Assembly (NCBI GenBank): GCA_047495785.1
Contig: JBLDXI010000060.1
Coordinates: 310,001 to 374,000, forward strand
Length of the DNA: 64,000 bases
From: Lepidodermella squamata
Lineage: Eukaryota; Animalia; Gastrotricha
Direction: 5' to 3'
The notes below the pieces were generated by a model. That model had not been told where the DNA came from. It made no database searches and worked only from the letters and a program-made list of their open reading frames with translations. The position numbers were made by a program, and so were the translations under genes. Of this stretch, positions 11,031 to 23,112 are shown piece by piece (positions within the stretch are counted from its first letter, which is position 1; every line of letters starts with the position of its first letter).

Positions 11031-13396
11031 AAAATTAGACCAAAACCACTTGGTCATATCATCTTCGCTCTTCATTCAAATAAGACGACAATCTTGTAAT
11101 ATTCAACTGCCCGGCTCCATGTCACTGCGGTTCTTCATGTTACTAAAGTCAGAACTCAGTTATTCGCATTTTATTGTAGCAATTTTTATTCAAGGTTAAA
11201 TTCCGATAATCATGGCAGAGTTAATTATCGGATGTATTAATCAATAGTTTAAAATTGTTCGAGATGCAAATTTTCGAAGCCGTCCCGAAGCCGATCAGAG
11301 TTGAATAGCCACGAGAGCCGAGAGCCATTCGCATTGGCAGCCATTGGCACGGCATTGCCATCGAACCATCGACCTATAAATTCAAAAATATAATTAGATT
11401 AATAATTTATTAAAATTCCGAAAATTGAAATTTAATAATAATTTCAATTTTTTCCTGAATCGCAATTTCTTGGGAATAACTTGCCTTGATTTAGAGTTTG
11501 AATTTAGTGACCAACCGGGCGATGAAGTCGCAGTCATCATGGCGCATTTCGAGCTCTAAAAATAGTAAGAAAATTTAATTAGGGTTGAATTATTTTTTCA
11601 AGGCTTGAGAAGCAATTTAAATAAAATCAGGTTTCAAGATTTTTTCGAAAATAGTAAAAAACAACTACGTTCAATGCGTTGCTGCTACCGCAGTCGATTG
11701 GCGCTAGAAAGAGAGTTGGCCAGACCACATTGGCGGCTGTTTGCCGGGCGGCCCCGGTGCTTGATACAATAATATCAAGTGCAGACAAATGATTTAAAGT
11801 TATAAATGAATTCCGGGCCAAGGAAAAGAATTAACTTGCTTTTGAAACTGAAAAAAAGATGAAATGAAAACTAAACTGATAAAATGCGTCGCGCTAACTT
11901 CAGCTGTGGCGTAACACAGCTGTGTGTTGGACAACAATGACGCAGAACGTGGTCGCGTCTCATTTCGACTTTTTCACGTTCATTTCATTTTATTTTGTTA
12001 CTCTGGTTTTCAAAGTTCTGCGTGTGATAGCATATGTGATAGAGCCGTTGGAATAATTTCCCAGTTGGCCTGAAAACACATTAGTTTGAAGCGGTTTTTA
12101 TTCTCTAGATAATTTTCAGAACAACACATTTTCAGAAATAGTATTTCTAGAAATTGAAAAAATATCAAATTCAAATTTTAAAAATAAAAATTTTTAAAAT
12201 TTTTAAAATTTTCTAAATTGCAAGAAAAATTTAAGAAGATCTTTAAATTTCAAGAAAAACTATAGAAAACTCCCGAAAAATGTGTTCTCTGTAGGAAAAA
12301 TTATCGAAAATTCAAATAATTACTTGAAGAGCTCAATTTTTAATTTTGTTAATTTCAATTTTTTCAAATCGAGATCGAAATCTCGCATCCGCGAAGCTGC
12401 GGCTGTTTTGATAAATGCGCTCTTCATTGCAAATAGCATCGAATATCGAATTGAACCTGCTGAAAACCAGAGTGATACGGAAATAATAATTTAAAAGAAT
12501 TCTGGTGTAGTCGGAAAGAAAGGTTCTGGAGCTTGGAGATGACCGATGCAGGCTATTAACAACGGAAATCATAGCCGGATTATTACGATAGATTTTCTGA
12601 ATTGATTCTGGCCAGGCTGTATTCTGTACAGAAGCTGCGAGCTGCGTAATTTTTAGTTGACCGTTCAAGTCATTTTGGCCGAAACCTTCAGTTTATTATG
12701 AATCGGCACTTCTTTGAGTGAATGGTAAATTATTTTAAAACAAACTTATTTCGCTCAAATTACTCAGCCTATTCATCGCGAAGCTGCTTCAGCCAAATAT
12801 TTCTCGCAATTTTTTAGCCAACAGGTGCAAACTCGACTTTCGTCTAAAATTGCTGCTAAAACGATGGCTGAATTTCCTGAAAATGAGTTCGGTGAAAAAT
12901 AGCACCAAAATATCACATAATTATTGTTGAATTCCTTCAACGAACAATTTGACCGAGGTTTTGGCCGAAATGAGCATTTGGGCAGACGGATTTTTATCTG
13001 GGAGGCTATTTGGCAGATTATAAGCACGTCGGAACTTGGACATTTTTTGCCATCACTTCCAACGTTATTGAAACAAACTGCTCATTGTATTCGCTTGCGG
13101 TCAACTACGAGCTCGAACTCACATCACACAGTGAGTTCGTAAACTAAATTTCAGATATAAGTCAACATTAGTCAGAGTTAGTAATACAGGATGGTTTTCA
13201 CCTTGTTACGCTCAATTTATTCAAAATATATAGACATATGTAGAAAGGTTGACTTTGAGTTTCCAAGTATTTGCCTAATTATATTTGAATTGTTTACCGC
13301 AAATATTCAACTTTATTAATTTGTATTTTGTGTCTATTTGTATCTAAAACGTTTATTCTGCAGAAAGATGCATAATCTTCGAGCAACAAATCGAGG

Positions 13397-14677
13397 TTGG
13401 ACCAGCTACAAATCAAGGCGCACCAGCAGGCCACGTTTAACCAATTGATCGCTGATTCTAATGAATCTGCATGCGTTTTTCAGATAGACTTCGCCGAAAA
13501 TTTCGCACTTCAGCAACAGGTATTAAATGTTAAACTATATATATCAGTAGCCAGTACCTTTGCCCAATTCATTTATTTTAGTCTGAGGTCCAGTCAGCTC
13601 ACTGGAACCACCAACAGGTTACTTTGTTTACGTTCGTCGCCTGGGTTGGGTCTGAAATCGCGTCTTACGTTGTGGCGAGCGATCGAATGCTTCACGATTC
13701 GAATGCGGCCTATTGCTTCCTACTCAAAGTGTTGTCGCACTTGAAGCTCCGCTATCCGGCTCTGCGTAAGTTCGACGGTTTCAGTGATGGAGCGAAGACC
13801 CACTTCAAGCAGCGGTTTTTCCTGGGGAGCTTGAGTATACTTGTGCGAGAGCTCTTCTTGGAAAGCCTTCAGTGGCATTTTTTCGCCTCTTACCATGGGA
13901 AGGGTGCCGTGGACGGCGTTGGAGGCTGTGTAAAATCAGCAGTTCGCAAAGAAATGATGGGTAATGAAAATCTCGTCGTACGCGATGCCGCTGCATTTGC
14001 CTTGCTTGCTGAAAAACTGGCAACGAAAGTAACTGTTCTCCACTGCAGCAACGACGAAGTTAGCCGTAGCGAGCCAATGCTGTCAAAGTTGCTCGAGGAG
14101 GTGAAGCCGATCCCGCAAACCGCGAAACAACACTGCGTTCGCATCCAAGAGCCTTTCGTCGTCGAAACGTCTCTTATTTCTGCCATGGCTGGTAAAAGCT
14201 TCGAAATGTTAGCAGCGAGTTCCGAAGTACGCAAGAACTTCAGCATCGTAGCTGACGTTGACAATGCCGATGAAGACGAGCTGAACTTTCACCCAGCGTC
14301 TTCGAGTACTTTTGTTGAAGAACCCAGTAAGCCAATCGCCAAGAAACGGTAAGTAAGATCTGATTTGTATAATGCTTCATCATCTTGTATCTCACAGATC
14401 TCGAGTTTCAAAGGGTCCACGCGTTTCCTCGCGAAAAGCAAGCCGAATTGAGCGAACCGATGATAGCGAGAACGATGGCGGCAAGGCCGAGGGCGAGGAT
14501 GACGATGAGGGTGATAGCGACGCTTCGATTTTGGACATGTGCTCTACTTGCCGTCGCGCGAAACAAGTCAAGGGATTTGTTTGTATACGATGTGGAATGC
14601 GCGATTGCGCGATTTGCTGCGAGGGCTCGACCAAGCCCTATACCTGTGAGATTTGCGCAGAGCAGTTTTTTGGTTGA
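13397..14677 (+). CDS. Spliced DDD-type transposase (Sola2-like), 5'-truncated, with C-terminal Cys-rich zinc finger
   Basis: Exons ~13397-13519, 13582-14348, 14398-14677 give IDFAENF..QQ|SEVQSAHW..Q, FSDGAKTHFK, FFASYHGKGAVDGVGGCVK, then an acidic linker and CSTC..CIRC..CAIC..CEIC. Confidence 0.7.
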
Positions 14678-15195
14678 TATTGTTAGCTAATGAAAATGTT
14701 TCAGTATTGTGTGACTTATGCTCTGCTTTTTTTCAGTTTCAGACATGTTGCGGACAGACAAAAAATCAATTTGTCCGCAACGTCTGTCCGCAACGTCTGT
14801 CCGCAACGATTCATTTTCTGAAAATTGTAATTTTTTGATTTGCCTATGTTGCAAAGTGGTTCTAGCATTGTTTTTTTTCTAAAGACAGGTTCTTTACCGA
14901 TAGTGTCAGGGAAATCCTTTGCTCGCAGTAGTTCTTTTTGACTAGTAAACTTCTGTAATGTGAATAGGTACAATACTTCTGAGTGAAAAATGTCTGTCCG
15001 CAACGTCGCGTTAAAAAAAATAAAATGAAAAAACTATGAACTATGGCTTGGTCCTGATCTATTATTTGACGAAGCATATTACGAGCTATCATCTGGCGAA
15101 AAATTACATGATTAGACTTCAATTTGGATATACTGCATGGGATGAACTGTGACGCCAGGGCAAATTTTGTCTGTCCGCAACGCGCGGAATCACCC
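13397..15195 (+). mobile_element. Sola2-like DNA transposon, right arm
   Basis: Subterminal repeats (gtc)tgtccgcaac in direct (14772-14806, ~14992, ~15169) and inverted (~14747) orientation, ending in ...cgcgcggaatcaccc at 15195 (GGG terminus on the other strand). No matching left end found. Confidence 0.6.
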
Positions 15196-15625
15196 ATTTA
15201 CAATCTGCTGATCTTATGGCTTGCTGCTTCTTATTTTGATCCGAATGTCCCAAGCAGGCCTCAAAAGCGGTTTCTCAACGGAAGAATTGGTTTGGTGCGC
15301 ATAATTGATGGTTACTTCTTTATATGCGGTGTTTTGGTTTTCGTGTTTGCACATATTTATGTTCTCCAAGATAACGATTTAGACTATCATTTTATCGTGA
15401 GATCTTTCAATGTAGTCGTTTGATCCTTTGTTAATTCAATTCTCAATTTTGAGAGAGTGATGTTCAAGCGCTTCTCTTTGTCGACTACATTAATCTCATT
15501 TTATATTTTGTTAAATTTCACAATATTGTCTCTCATAGTTGATGTTTCAACTCTCGTAAAGAATTTCTAGTTTTTATTGTGTCGTTCAGTGCTCAATCGG
15601 TAAAAATGACATAGGAATGGTAGGT

Positions 15626-17109
15626 TCATGACGTCATTTTTCCAAGATATACAATAATTACGATTACACCGAATAGAAATGTAAATAAAGCAGCACATAA
15701 ATCAATTATTCTGATAACTCTCACACCGGACTTGATCACAGTTACGAGGACCAAGCGCTTCATAGCCGACAAGTTTGCGACGGAGCAAGATATAAGCGAG
15801 TAAATCGTTATAGCAACACAAATCATCATCAGATAGATAATGATACTGATTAAATAAACTTCCTCAGCTGTGCGAGGTATCAGAGTGAATACAAGTGTCA
15901 GCACGACAGCCATAGCAAGGTTCACAGTTACACAAAAATTTATTCGATCAAGATCGTTTGCATCGATCACCAAACCGGCAACTTGCAACAAGAACAAAGT
16001 CAACGTTGGTAAAAAGACGTTGCCGACATAATATTCGTACTTTCTCTTAAGCGTGAGCTTCAGTGTTGCATGATCCGAGCCACCCGCATCGAACACAGAT
16101 CCGTTGAAGCTTACAAAGCTCCATATGTCATCAGCCCGAAGTGGAGGGTACGAGCTTATGACAGTTAGTTCCTCGATGTTGATCGCAACTTCGTTCTTCG
16201 TGTTTTCATTTTCGAGCTCGTAGTTGCACCAAGCCGTGTCGAATGGGAATTTCGATCTCTCCTCCTTTATGATGAATTCGATGATTATGATGAAAATTCG
16301 CTTTAGAAAGGGATCGTGGTTTCAAATTTGTACTATGTTATCAATTGCTTAAATTTTCAAAGCCCCCAGCTTCGTTAAAATGGAGATGTTTCGCGATTTA
16401 TTGTGATTTATGGGTCTCGATGATTTGATTTGATTGATTTAGTACTGGAAAAGTGGGACAATAACTGATTTCGAATGATTGAGGGAGGTCCGTGATTTAA
16501 GCTGTAAATCAAATCAAATCAAATCAAATTCCAAAGCACTGGAAGGAACGAGTTGGAATTTATAACATCATTAATATCAATGCTGGCTTACTCTCTAAGA
16601 GGTCTCGAGTCCCCAATCGCATTGATGTGCTGCATATCTGGCCACCATACATCCTCTTTCGGCACCTCGAATTGAATGCGGTCTAACAGCGACTGTGAGA
16701 TATTTTTGTAGCCGGGAAGCAGATCCGATCGGATGTCACGGCCGCATGGAACGTCCTAAAAAATCCGGAATGTCATCGTTACTGTCATGCTTTAATTCGA
16801 TCTGATATGGCAAAACTTCAAAACAAGTCTTACAAACCTCATTGTTGCGTCGCTGACTTCAGTCACTTGTAAAACTCTTGAAATGAGGTAGCTTTGAATC
16901 GGATTCGAGAAGTTATTAGTCTGCATGGGATTCGCGGCTGGTAGGTTGCTGGCCTTGGCTATTGGACAGAGCTCGAAGAACCGATCTCGCATTTGGTTTA
17001 ATTTAATTGGGTCGCCGAGCAGTTTTTCCACGTCGCTGTCATTCTGCGCAATTGTCGACGCCAAGGCCAAAGCAATTAATATGAAGAAAGGTGTCATCGT
17101 AAGACGCAT
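15626..17109 (-). pseudogene. Divergent pLGIC subunit, copy 2, pseudogene
   Basis: Close paralog of 5072-6387. A conserved Trp codon is TAG at 16756-16758. The start of exon 3, including the first Cys-loop cysteine, is replaced by unrelated (ATTTG)n-containing sequence at ~16255-16538. Confidence 0.8.
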
Positions 17110-17948
17110 TTTTAGAAAGCTGTTTCTCTCTTGTTAACAATAGATATCCTGCAGATAGTTTACTGAAAATAACACGATAAATCGATGTATGTGAATTAGT
17201 TGGACGGTGTTAATGATCTGACTAATCATTCATTCGAATCACCAATCTTTAATAATGTCGCGAAAACTCGTAGTATGTGACTTCGTGCCTCCATTAACTT
17301 AGTTTTAAAGGGACTACCATAGTCATACAACAGCTAAGCAAATATAAAATCCAGCTAATCTGGCCTTTGATCAGGTAAAAAACTATGCTGTGCTCCAGCT
17401 AACTATCAGCTAAAGAGTCATAGCTAAATAATTGGTAGTTGGTAGTCTGTGAGTTGAAGCTCGAGGCGTGACAAAACAATGGACGTGGCCCTTTTCTGAT
17501 TATGACTCGAAGCTGCATTTAATTTTTTTTTTTTATCCAAACACACTAGCGAAAAATATTTCCTTCCAGTATTTACTTAGTTCCCAAACTGCTACCACCT
17601 GCGGCAAAAAGGCTCCAAGGAGTTTTTTGAAAATGACGCCATGTAAGAACTGCCATTCACCTGTAATCTTTGAACCTTTAAATGAGAGTATGGAAGAATG
17701 CTAGCCCCTGTTCAAATTGTTAGTTAGAGCTATTTCAATTGGAAATTGGAATACGATGAGAAAAATCGAATAGTTTTCTTTCAAGAATTTATCAGATGCA
17801 CATTCGTTCGAACGGATTTATAACGGCCGATCCACAGTACAATTTTCATAGTCACTGTTTGACTGCGAAGTGCTTAAGTGTCCGATATATGTTAGACTCG
17901 TGTTAGACTCGATATATGTGTGTTTGTAGTGAACTGACAAATGACGTC

Positions 17949-19168
17949 TTATTTTCCGCTGGGCCGCCCGCTCGTTATAGAGGCAACGCTTCCACGATTT
18001 CCAGTCAGCTTTCTCCAAAATTTGAATAAATCATCTGTGAAACCAGGTCTCAAGCACTGGAGAATAGGCGTCACTGTCATTTGGGCCATCATAAGAATGA
18101 TGGCTGAATAATGGGTCCACGTTCTCTGCGCGATTGGACCTGCGCTATCAAAAAATATAACCAAAATGAATGAAACCGACAGCGGGATATGGAAAAGAAC
18201 GAATACGAAAAACGTCCCAAGAGATTGTTTCACGAAAAACATCTCGCGTTTCCGCCAATCAGCAAGACGAGCAGCGTTGACGTTGGTGACTTGCGACGAA
18301 GCATTACTACCATGGCCCGAGGCGACAGACATATTCTTCGTTGCCTCATGTAATTTCGTGAAAATCACCCAGTAGTTGTAGCCTAGTCCAACGTCGACGA
18401 AGCAGAGACAGGCGAAGCTATAGACGATCATGAAAAATGAAGTATCCGCATTGCCAAGTTTGAAGTCAAACGTGCTGCAGTACGCTTTCGGAGTTCCATT
18501 GGCTATCTCCGGAATACTAATGACCTGGACGCCGATTGCTGGGAATGGGTAGAAGATAACCGTTATCCAAACTACGGTCGAAATCACGAAGAATATCAGC
18601 GACAGGATGATCAACTTCGAGAAAAGGAATCGATCAACAAATTTCGATTAGGAATGAAAAATCTTACTCGTTTCGCATGAATTTCAGGATTAGGGCTGTT
18701 CGACTGAATACAAAGCCGACGTTCATAGCTGATCAGGAAAAGGTCGAAAAAGCTGAAAGTTCCGAAGGTCAGCGCGATCCAGACCAGGCTGATGCAAGTT
18801 GCGTTGTCTGCTTCCCAGAAACCAGTTCTCAAAGTAATGAAAATTGCGATCAGACACATGAAACAGAATACGAAGTTGCACAGCCCAACGACTCCAGTTA
18901 GAATCAGAAAGTCTCTTTTGACGCCTCGCTTGAAGTATACGACTACGTTGATGGTTGTCGTGACTAGAATCGAGAGAGTCATAATCAGAAGCGTGATTGC
19001 GTAAGGTAGTCGTTCTGTGACTGAGGTTGTATGGACGTCATGATACCAACCGACAAAGTATGGTCGTGGACCACTGAAACCGCGGTCGGGAATTTCGACA
19101 TACAACCAATCGCCGACTATCTTCGGGCGATAAGGACTTATAGTCACATTTGACCCTGAACTGTTCAT
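17949..19168 (-). CDS. Class A GPCR, copy 2, FFAR4/GPR120-like features
   Basis: Two exons (19168-~18668, ~18614-17949); shares YFKRGVKRDFL, GFWEADN..C, ISYERR.CI and DWR.RE.F.VKQ with copy 1. Confidence 0.8.
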
Positions 19169-19466
19169 AGTTTGATGCTCGATTAAAACCAGCGTGGATT
19201 TAAAAAAATCATTTAATTAGTCCCAGTCGTGCTTTTGCTTGTAAAACGCCGGAATTTGGCACACGTTCTGTAATCTTCCGGTTTTTTAAAACTGATATTT
19301 TAAGTGCTTAAGTGCTAAAAAGCCCTGAAAATAGATTTATTTACAAAAGAAACTGACATTTCAAACTTTTATATACTTCGCTCTTCGCTAAAATGTGGGC
19401 GTTTTATTCAAAATAAAAATTATGCAGAAGGAACAAGCTGTTAATTTCAAGGTCTCGGATGACATT

Positions 19467-22171
19467 TTATGTTGCGATAGTCTCCTTTATCCAAGGAAGA
19501 GCGGCGCAGACTCTGGAGAAAACAGAAGGAACACCCGGTGCGCCACAAGAGATGGCGCCCCATGAAATGACACCCGTCGCATAGTAGCGGTTGTTCACAG
19601 CGCACATCACCGGTCCGCCAGAATCGCCACCTTGAAGAATTAGGTCAAGTTTAAAAAAAGTGACGGGAGAATGAAACTTACGGCAGGTAGCAGGGTCTCC
19701 GTCACCTGCGCACATTTGCGCGTCGGAGAGTCGGCTTCTGAATTTAGCATTGCAAAGGTCCCGTTGAACAAGAGGCATCCTGGCAGATCGTATTATCGAT
19801 GGGCTCTGTTCTGCCTCTGTCCTACCCCAACCAGCCACTGTCACCTGGCTGCACGAGTCGATATTTGTCGCCGAGTACACCGAGATAGGCCGACAAATGG
19901 GATCTGGTAGGCAAATCGGCCGGATGTTCTTGCGAAAAACTACGGGTGAGCTCAGCTTGATGAGAGCAAAGTCGTAGTTCCAGTCACGACTCACATTGTA
20001 GCTGGGATGGACAACCGTGCGAATCGACCGTTTCTCAAGGCCATTTTCACTTCGAGATGACATGTTGTACCGACCGAGGAGCACTTTTATTCCCTCAACT
20101 GCTGATTTGTGGCTGACACAATGCGCTGCTGTTAATAGCCACTGGTCCGAGATCAGAGCAGCATCGCAGCCGTAGAAAGAAGGATCGTCATCGAATTTCG
20201 TGAACAGCTTGGCGACCCAGGGAAATTCGCCACTCGCAGGATTCACCCCACCGTATATCCTAACAGTTCGACGAGGAGTGCCGCACTCGCTGAACTGAGC
20301 CGACCCGCTCGACGGTGGCTGCTGTGTAGCTGAGCAACCACGCTCGTCACTGAAATCTCCTGATATATACAACAATTCGAGATGAATGAAAAATTATTGT
20401 TATTGTGAAAAGTCACCGCAGTCGTTGTCGCCATCGCATTTGTAATCGTTGATCACGCATTTTCCGTTCGAACACCTGAATTCAGTGCAGGGTGATAGGA
20501 TCGTGGTCACATTTCGCCGACCCGGGCATGTCGCCTCGTCACTGTTGTCCCCGCAGTCGTCATCGCGATCGCAGACGTATCGCTGGGGGATGCATTTGTT
20601 GTTACGGCATCGGAAACCGGCGCAAACTGTGCTGGCGATGCTGCGTACGGTCGTCGACGGGCAATTTCGCTCATCGCTATTATCGTCGCAATCGTTGTCG
20701 CCATCGCAAAGGTAACCTGAGAAATGATGGAGTTATGCGAAGAATGTTGTAAGGATTGCAACTGACTTCTTGGAACACATTTCCGATTTCGGCACAAAAA
20801 TCCAGAGCAGGTCGTCGAATTCTGAATCGTGAAATGCGTTACTTGCTAACAAAACCTCGAAGGAACTTACAGTAACACGAACAGCTGTTTGGCAGTTTCT
20901 CTCGTCACTGCCATCAGCTGAATAATGGAATTAGTTGAAAAATCAGACAAAATTGGCATGTAATTACCGCAATCGTTGTCCGAATCGCAGACGAAAGACT
21001 GTGGAATGCATTTTTGGCCATTAGCACATCGAAATGAAGCCTGGCAAGTTTGACAATTCTTCTCGTCGCTTGCATCAACTTCAAACCATTATTAAATTTA
21101 AATAAATTCAGTGGTGAGGAGGGAAATTCTTACGGCAATCATCGTCACCATCGCAGCGATACGACGCCTTTAAATGTTGATTAAATCAAGAAATGTTTAG
21201 AGCGAGAAGGAAACCTGAATGCATTTGTTCGAAGCGCATTTCCATTGGCCAGCCGCGCACTATACAAGAGAGTCAGGCGTAAACAGAATGTTTGAGACGT
21301 TTAAGCTTACACTATACACTTCGCACGATTTCTCGTCACTCATATCGCCTATAGATATTCGGCAGTTCAACTATGCTTCAATTGAGCCTCGTGTTCAACT
21401 CACCACAATCGTCATCACCGTCGCACCTGTAAGAAGACAGCACGCAGCCACCGTTTTGGCAGGTGAAGCCATCGCAGGTCGCTTTCCTAGCTGCGCAGTT
21501 TGCCTCATCAGCTCTGTCACCTAATATTAATCACAGGAGATTACAGCATCGTAACAATGTTGGGAAACCCACCGCAGTCATCATCGCCATCGCACAGCCA
21601 TTCTTCTGGGATGCATCTGCCGGATCGGCACTGAAACCCGCGGCAAGGCTCCTAGAGAATTACGATTAGCTTGATCAGTGCATCTAATGGAGGGAATTAC
21701 TTTCGCTCTCGCCGTGCAATTCAGTGATTCATCGCTGTTATCAGTACAGTCATTATCACCGTCACAAACGTAACTGTTTGGTATGCAATTTCCATTGCGA
21801 CACCGGAATTCGGCGCATGATCCAGCCGGCCTTGCTGCTGGAGCCAGCGTAGTAGCGTATGACACTCGAGTCGCTTGGCGTACGGCAGAAGATGACCGAT
21901 CAAGGCATTTGCCGAAAGATGGGAACCATTTACCACCCTGAATGCAAATGCTGACGTTTGACCCACCAGAAATCGGTGAGCCGTCAAGACAGGTCATTAA
22001 AACCAACCAGCCGCCGGCGATTTTGCTGTCTTTATTGAGCACAACTCCATCGCGTTCGAATTTGCTGACCGAGAAATCCGAATTTGACGGCAAACGGCAT
22101 TCAACATCATTAGCCGACGATGGGCCAAAATATAAGTAAATAACCAATAAAACACTCCCAAAGTAGAGCAT
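19467..22171 (-). CDS. Modular serine protease: signal peptide - CCP/Sushi - 8 LDLa repeats - trypsin-fold S1 protease
   Basis: Sushi (CRLP..C..G..S.C..GKW.P..GKC); eight C..F.C..G.CI....CDG.DDC.D.SDE..C repeats over many micro-exons; activation site RRTVR|IYGG; LTAAHC, DFALIKL, and after a short intron ATCRGDSGGP. Confidence 0.9.
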
Positions 22172-23112
22172 GTTCAGCTTTTCATTCAGCTAAGCAGCAT
22201 TTAACCGAAATTTATAAGCCTTTTAGATTTGACTGTAATCTTTTTGTTGTTTTGTTGAAGAATTTTGTCGAAGGTGTGAGAAAAAAACGGATTTTTTATA
22301 CGACCCGAATGCTCAGTATAGTCACGCAACGGAGTGTTTACTTGATGAATCAATTTTTTCAAAACGCTTTCTTGAAAAAGAACACGTCGGTAACAATCAG
22401 TTGCACTTGAAAACCTGTATAACAGTCGGAGCGAACGAAACATACCCCAGTTTTTGATCATTTTCAGAGAAATGCGTTGAAGGTTTCTCTTCTTGCACGT
22501 CATCCAAGATCTCACGTTCCAAGCATGAAATTAGCTTTCGCATGTTTTATATCCATCTTTTCAGCTCTTGGAACTCTCAGATCCTGAGTGATAAATGATA
22601 AATTCCGCCATCAATTATTATCAATTTATTCAAGCTGTGAGACTTTGGTTAGCCCTGCACGACTTGTACGTAGCAGGGATTTGTATTCGATCAGCTCAAA
22701 ATTGCAGATATTGAGGTTTTAATTATAAGTGTTTACAGAAATCCCTGATACTATGAATCAAACACCATATTCGCCTAAATGTGATATCGCATTGAATCAA
22801 AGAGCCGAAAAGCTGTTTCATAATTGCCATACTTCCTTACTCAAACAATACTACAATACGGAAGAAAGGCACAACAAATGTATCCAGGCTCAAGTCATTC
22901 ATGCTAACAATTAAGCATCTTGTTTGCTCAAGTAATTCCATTGTTACCGGCCTCCACACGCACGTTAGTACACTACACACACAGCCTCTTTGATACTTAT
23001 GAAAGGCCACACTTGTAACGCGTGGTTGAAAAACGTGGCTGAGAATAATACTCTGTTGCAGGTGCTGCTGCTGCTGCGTATTGAACAGCAAAAATCAACC
23101 ACGAAGTAAAAC

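Noticed and set aside
13102-13117. 16-bp inverted match (ttcgagctcgtagttg) to 16211-16226
   Set aside because: About one match of this length is expected by chance in 64 kb, and it does not extend.
11200-13360. Short ORFs and possible splice sites between the LamG-like gene and the transposase
   Set aside because: No recognisable motif or coherent spliced frame could be assembled; probably a decayed gene or repeat.
14747-15195. Short tandem tgtccgcaac repeats as a CRISPR-like array
   Set aside because: No unique spacers of regular length, eukaryotic context, and better explained as transposon subterminal repeats.
20449-21987. Plus-strand and alternative-frame ORFs over the LDLa exons
   Set aside because: Antisense or shifted shadows of the protease gene with no independent support.
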